In this document: in pieces, positions 45,157 to 55,376 of the stretch | How the letters are laid out: every line of letters starts with the position of its first letter | Position numbering within the stretch: the first letter of the stretch is position 1 | Assembly: GCA_963701295.1 (NCBI GenBank) | Contig: OY969585.1 | Location: forward strand, 576,001-640,000 | Length of the DNA: 64,000 nucleotides | Origin: Ignavibacteriota bacterium | GTDB taxonomy: Bacteria > Bacteroidota > Ignavibacteria > UBA10030 | Reading direction: 5' to 3' | The notes under the pieces: model-generated | The model's input: only the letters and a program-made list of their open reading frames with translations | Databases searched by the model: none | What the model was told of the DNA's origin: nothing | Made by a program: the position numbers and the translations under genes

Positions 45157-46686
45157 ATGATTTATTGTTTATCCGATCTTCTCTTCCAGCAACGCGACAA
45201 AAAAACATCGCACATAGCGCTCATCGATGGACAACACCGGCTCACTTACACAGAACTGATTCATCAGACAGAACGATTTGCAGCAATGTTACAAGCCCAG
45301 GGAGTACAACGAGGCGACCATATTGCTATTTACCTGCAGCGTTCCGTTGAATCTGTTGTTGCTCTTTTTGCTGTGTGGTCTCTTGGCGCCGTCGTTGTCA
45401 TTATCAATGATGTGCTGAAAAATCGGCAGGTCAACTACATTATCGATCATTCGGAAGCTTCCTTTCTCATAACCGACAATCGTCTTCGCACTTCGCTGAC
45501 TGAAGTTCCATTGAGCGCTAATCGCATTCTTACAGTGAACACTGAAAAACCAATCGACCAACAATTTACTCCCTCTCGTGTCATTGGTGCCGATCTTGCT
45601 CTCATCATTTACACGTCTGGATCTACCGGCATGCCCAAAGGAATCATGCTATCGCATAATAATCTCATTTCCGGCGCCTACATCATAACAGACTATCTTC
45701 ATCTCACACAAAACGAGATCATCATCAGCCTTCTGCCATTTAGTTTCGATTACGGGCTCAACCAATTGTTAACAGCATTGCTCGTCGGTGGGACATTGGT
45801 GATACAGCGATCTGTGTTGCCTGCCGATATCTGCAATACTCTGAATCGTGAGCAGGTCACAGGCATGGGAGCTGTGCCGATGATATGGCAGCAATTAGTT
45901 GGAAGCCGATCACCATTTATCAAATTGCAATTTCCACATCTCCGTTATATTACGAACACCGGCGGCCGTATGCCGGAGAGCATCACTAAACTTTTTCGGC
46001 AAGCTCATCCACACATCCAAATCTATTTAATGTTTGGTCTCACTGAAGCATTCCGTTCTACATATCTTCCTCCAGATCAAGTCGATGTTCGTCCGAGTTC
46101 TATTGGAAAAGCAATTCCAAATGTAGAACTCTTAGTACTCAATGAGCGGGGTGAACTGTGTAAGCCGGGTGAGGAGGGAGAACTTGTCCATCGCGGTGCA
46201 AACATCGCTATGGGATATTGGCGGGATCCTGAAAATACCGCCAAAAGATTCAGACCGGCTCCATTCCAACAAGGAAAAGGCGGACAACAAGAGATTGCCG
46301 TGTATTCCGGAGATTATGTAAAGACTGATGAAGAGGGATATTTGTATTTTATTGGTCGGAAAGATCAGATGATCAAATCGCACGGTATGAGGGTGAGTCC
46401 GGAAGAAATTGAAGATTGCATCTATGCATCACAGTTGGTAAAACACGCAGTAGCATTTGCAGTCCCCTTCGATGAAGTGAAAAACTCTATCGTTATAGCT
46501 CTTGTACCTTCTCATCCATTATCGTTTTCAGAAAAGGAATTGCATCTTTACTGCAAGATGCAAATGCCAGAATATATGCGGCCGGATATTATATGGACGA
46601 TTGAGCGGTTTCCCGAAACCTCCTCCGGAAAACCTGACCGCGTCCGCTTGCAGGAAATGTTCAAGGAACATAACCAAAAATCCTAA
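45157..46686 (+). CDS. AMP-dependent acyl/aminoacyl ligase (ANL superfamily; resembles EPS/exosortase-associated acyl-CoA ligases)
   Basis: YTSGSTGMPKG, LPFSFDYGLNQL, MFGLTEAFRST, SGD, GRKDQMIK, SGKPDR. Confidence 0.9.
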   Translation: MIYCLSDLLFQQRDKKTSHIALIDGQHRLTYTELIHQTERFAAMLQAQGVQRGDHIAIYLQRSVESVVALFAVWSLGAVVVIINDVLKNRQVNYIIDHSEASFLITDNRLRTSLTEVPLSANRILTVNTEKPIDQQFTPSRVIGADLALIIYTSGSTGMPKGIMLSHNNLISGAYIITDYLHLTQNEIIISLLPFSFDYGLNQLLTALLVGGTLVIQRSVLPADICNTLNREQVTGMGAVPMIWQQLVGSRSPFIKLQFPHLRYITNTGGRMPESITKLFRQAHPHIQIYLMFGLTEAFRSTYLPPDQVDVRPSSIGKAIPNVELLVLNERGELCKPGEEGELVHRGANIAMGYWRDPENTAKRFRPAPFQQGKGGQQEIAVYSGDYVKTDEEGYLYFIGRKDQMIKSHGMRVSPEEIEDCIYASQLVKHAVAFAVPFDEVKNSIVIALVPSHPLSFSEKELHLYCKMQMPEYMRPDIIWTIERFPETSSGKPDRVRLQEMFKEHNQKS

Positions 46687-46743
46687 AAGGGATCACCGGA
46701 ATAAAATTCCAAATACGTTTCTCGATATCTCAAGAAAAAAGAT

Positions 46744-47643
46744 ATGAGATCAGACCCACTCTACAGTATACTTTTGGATCGTCTGACCGCTTCATGGATA
46801 GCACAGCCGGATAAGCCAGAGGAAACCCCAGAATCAACCTTGAAGGCCCTCTGTTTTTTCGCTGCGGGCATTCCCGTTTCGGTCCAGAAAGCGTTACACG
46901 AGAATATACCGGAGTTGAACGATCATTCACGCAGACAACTTCAGAGTCTTGTTGAAAAACGTCTCGCTGGTTTACCACTTGCTCATATCACAGGACGGCA
47001 ACATTTTCTAGGAATGGAATTACTGGCAGGGCCTGAAGCCTTGATACCACGGATTGAGACTGAGATCCTCGGTCGTGCAGCACTTACGATTGCAAAATCC
47101 ATCGCAGATGCTCAGGGCGCTGTAACCGTTCTGGACGTATGCACCGGGTCTGGAAATGTTGCACTCGGAATCGCGTCAAACGAGTCCCGGTCGAGGGTGT
47201 TCGGGTCAGATCTTTCCGAAGAAGCGGTTGTGCTTGCGCGAAAGAATGCACGACATTTGAATTTGGATAACCGAGCCGAATTCAGGCAGAGTGATCTCTT
47301 TACTGCGTTTGAGTCGGACGAGTTTTATCGGAAGATGGATCTCGTGACTTGCAACCCTCCGTACATCCCATCGGCAAAGGTCGGCAGTATGAATCCAGAA
47401 ATCTCACAGCGCGAGCCTCGCATGGCTTTTGATGGAGGCTCACTTGGGATCACGATCCTCACACGAATGATCAGGGAATCTCCGAAATACCTCAAACCAA
47501 ATTCTTATCTTTGCTTCGAGGTTGGACTCGGGCAGGGGAAAGCTATGGAACAGAGACTCAAGAAGGAGAGCAGATACTGCAACATTCAGTCTTATGTCGA
47601 CGTTGCCAACCAGATACGGGCGTTGTCAGCGCAAGTCGCATAG
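46744..47643 (+). CDS. HemK/PrmC-family N5-glutamine-type methyltransferase with atypical N-terminus
   Basis: PLAHITG, LIPRIETE, LDVCTGSG, NPPY, EP..AFDGG; N-terminus PDKPEETPE. Confidence 0.88.
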   Translation: MRSDPLYSILLDRLTASWIAQPDKPEETPESTLKALCFFAAGIPVSVQKALHENIPELNDHSRRQLQSLVEKRLAGLPLAHITGRQHFLGMELLAGPEALIPRIETEILGRAALTIAKSIADAQGAVTVLDVCTGSGNVALGIASNESRSRVFGSDLSEEAVVLARKNARHLNLDNRAEFRQSDLFTAFESDEFYRKMDLVTCNPPYIPSAKVGSMNPEISQREPRMAFDGGSLGITILTRMIRESPKYLKPNSYLCFEVGLGQGKAMEQRLKKESRYCNIQSYVDVANQIRALSAQVA

Positions 47644-47921
47644 TCTAAATTATTGCCTCAATGTCGTAATATCATATCAATTCAGTCCACTAAGTTAATT
47701 GCTTCTTTCTATCAGTCTGCAAAAGTGTCCTATCTCTTGTTTAAATAGATAAACACTCTCAACATCCGATCAAATTCAAAACCATATCCTTGATTCTATG
47801 AGGGCTTTCATTATGATGATTCTGAGATGACAAAACAGAATCCCAGTTGATTGTTTATTGATTTATAGCGAAAGTTTGCTTAGGTTTTTAAAGTGTATCT
47901 CTGGACATATACATAAATCGA

Positions 47922-49001
47922 ATGGTAAGACTAGAAAAAAAGGATTTAGTTATATTTATTTTTTTGTGGCTTGGGATTGCTCTTTTCCTTACTCTTTGGC
48001 CATTCAATTTCTTGTGTAAAAACGTTGTTACTGCCACCCCAGGCGGGGGCTTTCATTTTGAGTCTCCCTCCATTGCATATCTTAGTCATCTCCCTATAAA
48101 AATTAGTGAACTGAAAAAGTTCTCTCTTATAATGGAAGTGAAATCAGATATTACATTAATTGACATCGACGGCATCATCTTTGGCAACTGCATTAACTAT
48201 GACAAACAGAATTTTCTCATGGTACAGGTGCGCGAAAATGTTGAATTTTTCATAAGCGCCAACGGTGTTTCTCGGGAAATCTTTGGAGAAGGGATTTTCG
48301 AGAAAGACAATCCTGTCTGGATTGAAATAACATATGATGGGAACAAGCTTACCTTCCTTAAGAACGGATCAGTAAAAAATGTGGTCACAATAGAAAATCT
48401 TGATTTTTCTCGCTGGAATAGTTCCTATCCATTCGTTTTCGCGAATGGAGGCGATGGTATGAACCCTTGGTCTGGTACGATCTTTTCATTTGACGTCTTC
48501 GATAGTGTTGTCACAATATCTGATCGTCAACATCTGGAAACGATAAGGAGGCAGGTAGCACCTCTTATAAGTTTGTCTGTGCAACAAGAACAAACGGGAC
48601 CATATCAATTACAAGGAAATATTTCTGCACCATCGGTCGTTATACCAGCGAGATTCAATCCTCCAGGAAAAAGTTTATTAATCAGCCTTTTAAATCTCAC
48701 TGAGTGGGGGCATATAGACTATATGGATTTTTTTCTCAATATTGTATTTTTTCTTCCATTCGGATTCCTCCTGCGGCTCCTTCTAGAAAAATATACCAAC
48801 CGTTATTACTTGAGCTTCTTCATCACAATCATGACTGGATTATTGCTTACAATAACGATCGAAACATTACAATCTTTTCTTCCCATTAGATATACCAGTA
48901 TTCTGGATGTTTTAAGTAATACTCTTGGCACTATTATAGGAGCAATGATTATTACATCTTCCTGGGTTCGACAATTATTAAATTTGCAAAGGCAAAAATA
49001 G
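47922..49001 (+). CDS. VanZ-family membrane protein with inserted LamG/ConA-like domain
   Basis: LTLWPF, then a soluble domain (ITYDG...WSGTI), then NIVFFLPFG, IETLQSFLPIRYTSILDVLSNTLG. Confidence 0.8.
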   Translation: MVRLEKKDLVIFIFLWLGIALFLTLWPFNFLCKNVVTATPGGGFHFESPSIAYLSHLPIKISELKKFSLIMEVKSDITLIDIDGIIFGNCINYDKQNFLMVQVRENVEFFISANGVSREIFGEGIFEKDNPVWIEITYDGNKLTFLKNGSVKNVVTIENLDFSRWNSSYPFVFANGGDGMNPWSGTIFSFDVFDSVVTISDRQHLETIRRQVAPLISLSVQQEQTGPYQLQGNISAPSVVIPARFNPPGKSLLISLLNLTEWGHIDYMDFFLNIVFFLPFGFLLRLLLEKYTNRYYLSFFITIMTGLLLTITIETLQSFLPIRYTSILDVLSNTLGTIIGAMIITSSWVRQLLNLQRQK

Positions 49002-49002
49002 T

Positions 49003-50022
49003 ATGAACAAGCCTCAAAATTGGCTAAAGATCGAGACAACTTCCGAAATAGAGAAGATTGTAAAAGTCATTTATCATCAAGTAAGGGCTATTCTTCGGAA
49101 GAAGGGTGCTATTATTGCTGCATCGGGCGGCATCGATAGTTCCGTTTGTGCTGCATTATGTACAAAAGCACTAGGAAAAGAAAATATACTTGTTCTCTCA
49201 TTGCCTGAGCGTGACTCGTCGCCTGATTCGATAAGACTTGGCCAACAACTTGCTGACGCGCTTGGAATCAAATTACAAATCGTAGATATTGCTCCCATTC
49301 TCAAAGGAGCTCAATGTTATGAGCTTCAACTCGAAGCAATACGCCGAGTATTTCCCGAATATGAAGAGGGCTGGAAGCATAAGGTCTCACTTCCATCTAT
49401 TCTTGAAAATGATCGTTTGAACCTCTCTTTCCTTACTGTTCAAAGCCCGACAGGGAATCTGAAATCAATCCGAATGCCTCTCTCAGTCTATCTTCAGCTC
49501 ATTGCTGCAACGAATTTGAAACAGCGAGCGCGGAAAATGACAGAGTATTCCTATGCAGATGGATTAAACTATGCTGTGTGCGGAACACCAAACCGCCTTG
49601 AATATGACCAGGGCTTCTTTGTAAAGCAGGGTGATGGAAGCGCTGATTTCAAGCCGATAGCTCACCTTTACAAAACACAGGTGTACCAGCTTGCGGAAGC
49701 ACTTGATATCCCAGAAGAAATCCGTAGACGCCCGCCAACCACAGATACATTTTCTCTCCCACAAACACAAGAAGAGTTTTATTTTTCTCTTCCCTACGGA
49801 CAAATGGATCTTTGCCTGTACGGATTCAACCACAACATCACGTCGGCTGAAGTAGCTCGTGCAACAAATCTTACCTCAGAACAAGTGGAGAGAGTTTATA
49901 AAGACATAGAGAAAAAACGTCGCGCGACAATAGCACTCCATCTTCCGCCTCTTCTGATCGATGGCGTTGATGAGATTAACGATTTCATTCAATCGACAGT
50001 CCGTCAATCAAAGGAAGTGTAA
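49003..50022 (+). CDS. nadE: NAD+ synthase (NadE)-like ATP pyrophosphatase, polysaccharide-locus subtype
   Basis: SGGIDS, NLKQRAR, GTPNRLEYDQGFFVKQGDG, PIAHLYKTQVY, PPTTD; central insertion. Confidence 0.85.
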   Translation: MNKPQNWLKIETTSEIEKIVKVIYHQVRAILRKKGAIIAASGGIDSSVCAALCTKALGKENILVLSLPERDSSPDSIRLGQQLADALGIKLQIVDIAPILKGAQCYELQLEAIRRVFPEYEEGWKHKVSLPSILENDRLNLSFLTVQSPTGNLKSIRMPLSVYLQLIAATNLKQRARKMTEYSYADGLNYAVCGTPNRLEYDQGFFVKQGDGSADFKPIAHLYKTQVYQLAEALDIPEEIRRRPPTTDTFSLPQTQEEFYFSLPYGQMDLCLYGFNHNITSAEVARATNLTSEQVERVYKDIEKKRRATIALHLPPLLIDGVDEINDFIQSTVRQSKEV

Positions 50023-50027
50023 TTTCG

Positions 50028-52064
50028 ATGTGCGGGATAGCCGGAATTGTCAATCTCTCTGACCATCAAAACCCACCAACTGTTGAATTGTTGCAGTCGA
50101 TGATCGGTGCTATTCGTCACCGTGGACCGGATGAGTATGGATTATATAGAGATAGGCATGCCGGTTTGGTCCATGCACGGCTATCAATTATCGACCTCCA
50201 GGCGGGTCAGCAACCCATGTCCAATGAAGATCACACCCTTTGGATTGTCTTCAATGGAGAAATTTTCAACTTCATTGAATTGAGAGCTGAGCTTGAAAAA
50301 TTAGGCCATTGCTTTCGAACCCATTCGGATACGGAAGTCATTCTCCATGCATTTGAATCTTGGGATATCGATTGTTTTTCCCGTTTCAACGGCCAATGGG
50401 CGCTTGCATTGTGGAACACGCAAACACGCAATCTTATATTATCTCGTGATCGAATCGGTGTGCGGCCATTATTTATTCACGAAACTCATGATCGTGTTCT
50501 CTTTGCCAGCGAAATGAAAGCGATATTTGCCGATCCTGCAGTTCCACGAGCTATCAATCCGCAAGGACTTGATCAGACGTTCACGTATTGGGCATCGATA
50601 GCTCCGGTAACGGTGTTTGAGGGAATCGATGAACTGCCTCCAGCTTCTATTCGAGTGTATGCACCCAGTGGTGAGAAGGAAGAAAAGTTGTATTGGAGAC
50701 CATCATACCCTGATGCGCCAAGAAGCTGGGAACACGGTTCTGTTTTCCCAACATTTGCCGCTGCTACGGAAATCCTGCGCGATAAATTAGAGCAGGCAAC
50801 AAAATTACGTATGCTGCGTTCGGATGTGCCGGTGGGAAGTTATTTATCTGGCGGATTAGATAGTTCTGTGGTTGCCCAGTTAGGCCGCAAGGCAAAAGAA
50901 GGTCGATTTGAAACGTTTTCCATTCGATTCGACGACACCGAATTCGATGAGACCGAATACCAAAGAACGATGGCTGCTACATTGAACAGCTCTCACAGAG
51001 AAATCATTGTAACAAGGAAAGATATCGCACAAGTTTTTCCTGACGTCATCTGGCATACAGAACGACCGATACTCAGAACAGCTCCTGCACCTTTATTTCT
51101 TCTTTCCAAATCTGTACGCGAAGCCGGAATAAAGGCGGTCTTGACGGGTGAAGGTGCTGATGAAATGTTAGCTGGATATGATATTTTTAGAGAAGCGAAG
51201 ATTCGTCAATTCTGGTCTCATCAGCCGAATTCGAAAGTCCGGCCTTTACTGTTTGACCGAATCTATCCATACCTTGCACGATCACCGCAGCGTGCAAGGG
51301 GAATGGCTTATGAATTCTGGAAAAAAGGACTCGAACACGCCAGCATACCAGGATTTTCCCACGAGCCGCGATGGTCAACTACATCATCACTGAAGAAATT
51401 CTTGTCTAAAGATTTTTTAGACTCTCTTCAAAACAATCCATCTCCTACTCCCCTGGATACTCTGCCCTCCAATTTTAGCCAATGGGATTCTCTCGCACAA
51501 GCACAATATCTTGAAATAACGACATTGCTTTCTTCATACTTGATTTCCTCACAGGGTGATCGTATGTTAATGGCTCATTCTGTCGAAGGCCGTTTTCCTT
51601 TTCTCGATGCCGACGTTATGCAATTCTGCAATGAACTTCCGGCAGAATACAAGCTCGCTTTTCTTGAAGAGAAACGCATCTTAAAAAAGGCGGCGGATGG
51701 ATTGATTCCAGAATCAATCATTCACCGCAAGAAACAGCCGTACCGTGCGCCGGATGCGGCAAGTTTTCTTAGTCGCGATACACCGGAGTATGTTCAAGAG
51801 ATGTTTTCGGACCGTAAACTCAAAGCAAACAGAGTTTTCAATCCACTAGCCGTTCGAGGTTTATACGAAAAATGCATTTCAAAGCGCGACCATGTTCGTG
51901 AACCCGGTTTATTCAGCAATACAGATAATATGGCGTTTGTGGGAATTTTATCTACTCAGCTTGTTGTTCAACAGTTTATCGAAACATCCGGACCAAGATA
52001 TGGAGCAGAAATTGAATTCAAAACATTTGTCGATTATACTCAACATCCATCACGAGCACACTAA
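50028..52064 (+). CDS. asnB: Asparagine synthase (glutamine-hydrolysing) family amidotransferase
   Basis: MCGIAG, HRGPD, RLSIID, FNGEIFN, LSGGLDSS, TGEGADE, EGRFPFLD. Confidence 0.93.
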   Translation: MCGIAGIVNLSDHQNPPTVELLQSMIGAIRHRGPDEYGLYRDRHAGLVHARLSIIDLQAGQQPMSNEDHTLWIVFNGEIFNFIELRAELEKLGHCFRTHSDTEVILHAFESWDIDCFSRFNGQWALALWNTQTRNLILSRDRIGVRPLFIHETHDRVLFASEMKAIFADPAVPRAINPQGLDQTFTYWASIAPVTVFEGIDELPPASIRVYAPSGEKEEKLYWRPSYPDAPRSWEHGSVFPTFAAATEILRDKLEQATKLRMLRSDVPVGSYLSGGLDSSVVAQLGRKAKEGRFETFSIRFDDTEFDETEYQRTMAATLNSSHREIIVTRKDIAQVFPDVIWHTERPILRTAPAPLFLLSKSVREAGIKAVLTGEGADEMLAGYDIFREAKIRQFWSHQPNSKVRPLLFDRIYPYLARSPQRARGMAYEFWKKGLEHASIPGFSHEPRWSTTSSLKKFLSKDFLDSLQNNPSPTPLDTLPSNFSQWDSLAQAQYLEITTLLSSYLISSQGDRMLMAHSVEGRFPFLDADVMQFCNELPAEYKLAFLEEKRILKKAADGLIPESIIHRKKQPYRAPDAASFLSRDTPEYVQEMFSDRKLKANRVFNPLAVRGLYEKCISKRDHVREPGLFSNTDNMAFVGILSTQLVVQQFIETSGPRYGAEIEFKTFVDYTQHPSRAH

Positions 52065-52075
52065 AGGATAATGTA

Positions 52076-52336
52076 ATGATTGATCAACAAAACATTCAGA
52101 AAACAGTAAGAGATTTTATCCAACAGAATTTTATTTTTGACCCGAATACGACACTCGCGGATGATGAATCACTCTTGGGAGCGGGAGTTATTGATTCAAC
52201 GGGTGTACTCGAACTTATAGGATATTTAGAGGATACATTCCAACTTCAATTTGGAGACGATGAACTCATCGCAGAGAATTTCGACACCATTTTAAAAATA
52301 ACTGCATTTTTACAGAAGAAGCTCGACAAACAATAA
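52076..52336 (+). CDS. Acyl/aminoacyl carrier protein
   Basis: 86 aa, acidic; GVIDSTGVLEL phosphopantetheine Ser motif; ENFDT. Confidence 0.9.
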   Translation: MIDQQNIQKTVRDFIQQNFIFDPNTTLADDESLLGAGVIDSTGVLELIGYLEDTFQLQFGDDELIAENFDTILKITAFLQKKLDKQ

Positions 52337-52510
52337 ACAATTTACCGTCAGTCTTATTGAAATTCTATCTCACTATGAATTGGTTGGTTCCATACGTTTT
52401 GTGCTCCTCTTCGTTACATTTTTTGTACTGAAATTCATTGTTTCTGAACAAAGCACAGATTCTTTTCCTCTCCTTTTTCATCGAACTCATCGTTTCCTTT
52501 TTCCGTACAT

Positions 52511-52540
52511 AAAAAAACCTCACATTCATTTCTTGTGAGG
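52511..52540 (-). terminator. Intrinsic terminator of the polysaccharide operon
   Basis: CCTCACA / TGTGAGG stem followed by T7 on the minus strand. Confidence 0.65.
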
Positions 52541-52661
52541 CTTAGAGAACTTGTCCATCAGTGTCCTTCGTATGAGGGACACCACCGATTCGGGCTTACA
52601 ACGTATGTTAACGTATATCGGTCAATTCCTTCCCGATACTCATCCTGTCAGTTGGCGCTGG

Positions 52662-54662
52662 TTATGCAGCCACCTCGGCCGAATTGCGAATTCTTTCCCG
52701 AGCCTTGAGATCCTCAAGGTTCACGCGAAAGGATTCAGTCTCACGGTACTGAGGAACGATTTTATTCAGATACTGGTGAACAAGATCGGTCTTGCCAGCT
52801 CGGGCTACATTAACCAGCAAGTTAATATCGCGAATGAGCAACGACGATTCTTCACTGATAGTATTTCTGGAGTTTCTATAATCTTGAGCTTCCGTTGGGA
52901 GACTGTCGTCATTGCTGCAGACAAATATCTTTTCATGACTCGACCGCGTATGATTCTCCGTTGCATAGAACAGTTCTTCGTGCATCTTCTCGCCTTTCTG
53001 TAGACCGGTGAAGACGATGTCGACATCAGTTCCTTCACGTAACCCGCTGAGCCGAATAAGATCACGCGCAAGATCAACAATTTTTATTGGCTGTCCCATG
53101 TCAAGGACAAACGTCTCCCCACACTTTCCTAATGCTCCTGCTTGCAGCACAAGCTGCACAGCTTCAGGAATCGTCATAAAGAACCTTGTCACATCTGGAT
53201 GTGTTATTGTCACCGGCCCACCAGCGCGAATCTGCTTCTCTAAGATAGGCACAATACTCCCTCTGCTCCCAAGGACATTGCCAAACCGTACCACAACAAA
53301 TGCCTTGCGATGGTTTACCGCAGCATTATGGACAACCAACTCGGCAATACGCTTCGTTACTCCCATGACGCTTGTCGGATTGACTGCCTTGTCCGATGAA
53401 ATCATGACAAACTTTTCTACTCCATAGCGAGTTGCGAGTTCAACAAGGGTCTGCGTGCCTAAAACGTTATTGGTCACAGCATCGAGACAATTCTTTTCCA
53501 TCAACCCTACATGTTTATGGGCAGCTGCGTGAAAAATGATTTGCGGCTGAGATTCCTCCATGACATGAGCCATTCGATCACGATCTCTGATATCTGCAAT
53601 CACTGTTTTAAATGAAATCGTCTGACCAACCACACCATGTTTGGTCTTAATCTCATTCGCGATCTGGAAAATCGAATTCTCTCCGTGACCCAGCATAATG
53701 AGCTCTTTCGGATGGAAATTGATAATCTGACGGCAGAGTTCGCTTCCGATGGATCCACCAGCTCCCGTAACCATCACCCGCATCCCTTGGATGAGATTCC
53801 ATAAATTTATTTCGTTGATTTCGATGGTTCCACGCCGGAGCAGGTCATTGATTTGAACCTCGCGTAATTGTGCAACAGCGGATCCAGAAATAATTTCAAA
53901 AACACCAGGGATTGTTTTACTTGTCACCTTCAGCGTTTGGCACATCTGAACAACGCTATTGATCGTTTTTCCGGAAGCCGTCGGCATTGCAATAATGATT
54001 TCATCAATCCTATTTTCTTTCACAATGTCGGGAATATGTTCAAGCGTTCCCACCACTTGAACACCGTGTATGTTTACATTCTGTTTGACTGGATCATCAT
54101 CAACAAACGCGATAGGCTTCAAGCCTAGTTGCGGATTTGTCCTAAGTTCTTTGACGATCATCGATCCAGCAATACCGGCACCGACAATGAGAACATTTTT
54201 GTTTTTAAGTCCTGTGCCAATCCGTTCGTTGAAGACATAGACAAGTCTGAACATAACCCGTACGCCGCCAATCATCAGTATCGTCAGCAAACCATCGATA
54301 AAAGGTATCGACAGAGGAAAACCCGGCGCAAGGAAACCGAATGGTTTTAAGATTCCAAAGAATACGATAATGCACAAGAGCCATGATGCCATGGTTGCAA
54401 TAAACAATATAGCGACTTCATCCACACTGGCATACACCCAGTAACGGTTATAAAATTTGCAAAGTTGAAACACGCTTAACTTGAGAACGAGCGATACCAG
54501 TGTGTAGATGATCAATGACTTGCCAACAAATACCACAGCATGGACCGTCTCGTATCTCAAAATTAAAGACAGCATAGGGATGATGGAAAGAATGATAATA
54601 TCGAGCACAAAAAGATGCCGATTCTGTGCCTTTAGGATGATAGTAAAGAAACGCTTACTCAT
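52662..54662 (-). CDS. Membrane-bound UDP-sugar 4,6-dehydratase (CapD/PglF/WbpM family)
   Basis: 4 TM segments; VLIVGAG, VTGAGGSIGSELCRQ, FHAAAHKHV, SSDKAVNP, VRFGNVLGSRGS, GEKMHEEL. Confidence 0.95.
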   Translation of the reverse strand: MSKRFFTIILKAQNRHLFVLDIIILSIIPMLSLILRYETVHAVVFVGKSLIIYTLVSLVLKLSVFQLCKFYNRYWVYASVDEVAILFIATMASWLLCIIVFFGILKPFGFLAPGFPLSIPFIDGLLTILMIGGVRVMFRLVYVFNERIGTGLKNKNVLIVGAGIAGSMIVKELRTNPQLGLKPIAFVDDDPVKQNVNIHGVQVVGTLEHIPDIVKENRIDEIIIAMPTASGKTINSVVQMCQTLKVTSKTIPGVFEIISGSAVAQLREVQINDLLRRGTIEINEINLWNLIQGMRVMVTGAGGSIGSELCRQIINFHPKELIMLGHGENSIFQIANEIKTKHGVVGQTISFKTVIADIRDRDRMAHVMEESQPQIIFHAAAHKHVGLMEKNCLDAVTNNVLGTQTLVELATRYGVEKFVMISSDKAVNPTSVMGVTKRIAELVVHNAAVNHRKAFVVVRFGNVLGSRGSIVPILEKQIRAGGPVTITHPDVTRFFMTIPEAVQLVLQAGALGKCGETFVLDMGQPIKIVDLARDLIRLSGLREGTDVDIVFTGLQKGEKMHEELFYATENHTRSSHEKIFVCSNDDSLPTEAQDYRNSRNTISEESSLLIRDINLLVNVARAGKTDLVHQYLNKIVPQYRETESFRVNLEDLKARERIRNSAEVAA

Positions 54663-55376
54663 TGGATTTAGAATCCCCTCTTGTACATATAGAAAGTTGT
54701 AAGTTTCTTCAGCATAGTTTCTTGTAACGCAACTAATTAGTGGTCAGATTACCTTTTTTGCCTTGAATAAGTATATTAAGTTTCGAAGAAGGTTGCTAAT
54801 TAGAATTCTCTAATGCTTATTAGAACTCATTAATAAAAAAACTATAAAAACCTGTAACTACTCACCATGCTTTTCATGGATATGATGGTAAACAATGAGT
54901 TCAGTCATTCCCAGTCCGTCCGCCATGCCGCTGTACAACATGCCGGAAAATAGCAGGAACGCACATGGGAACAACAGAGAGAAATAAATACAGATTCTTA
55001 AAATTATTTCTGATTACCATTGGCTTGAAAAAACAATAATGTATTCAATGGACGCAGAACAGTGCTGTTACAAACTGTCCTCATCGTCTTTTTTTTATTT
55101 GCACAACTTTAGAAGGTAACTCTTTATTCGATACTTGGTAAAATGGTATTAAATAAAAATTTAAAAAAATGTGACCTATATCATACCGTAGAAATGCCAA
55201 TAAATATGTTATCAATAGAACAATTGACCGAATTGTTGATACAAAGAATAAGTTTGCATGATATAGTGTTCTATTCATGAATCATACCATTCTTTAACAG
55301 AACACCGGTTCTCAAATCATGGTTCCAGGATTCTGACTCAATATAAGACCGATGAAAAATATCAACAGGGAATGTT

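Noticed and set aside
54663-55376. Riboswitch, ops/JUMPstart element or small gene (55081-55278) in the long region upstream of the CapD-like gene
   Set aside because: No recognisable RNA motif by eye; the ORF is low-complexity, AT-rich and lacks support; an Rfam scan would be needed
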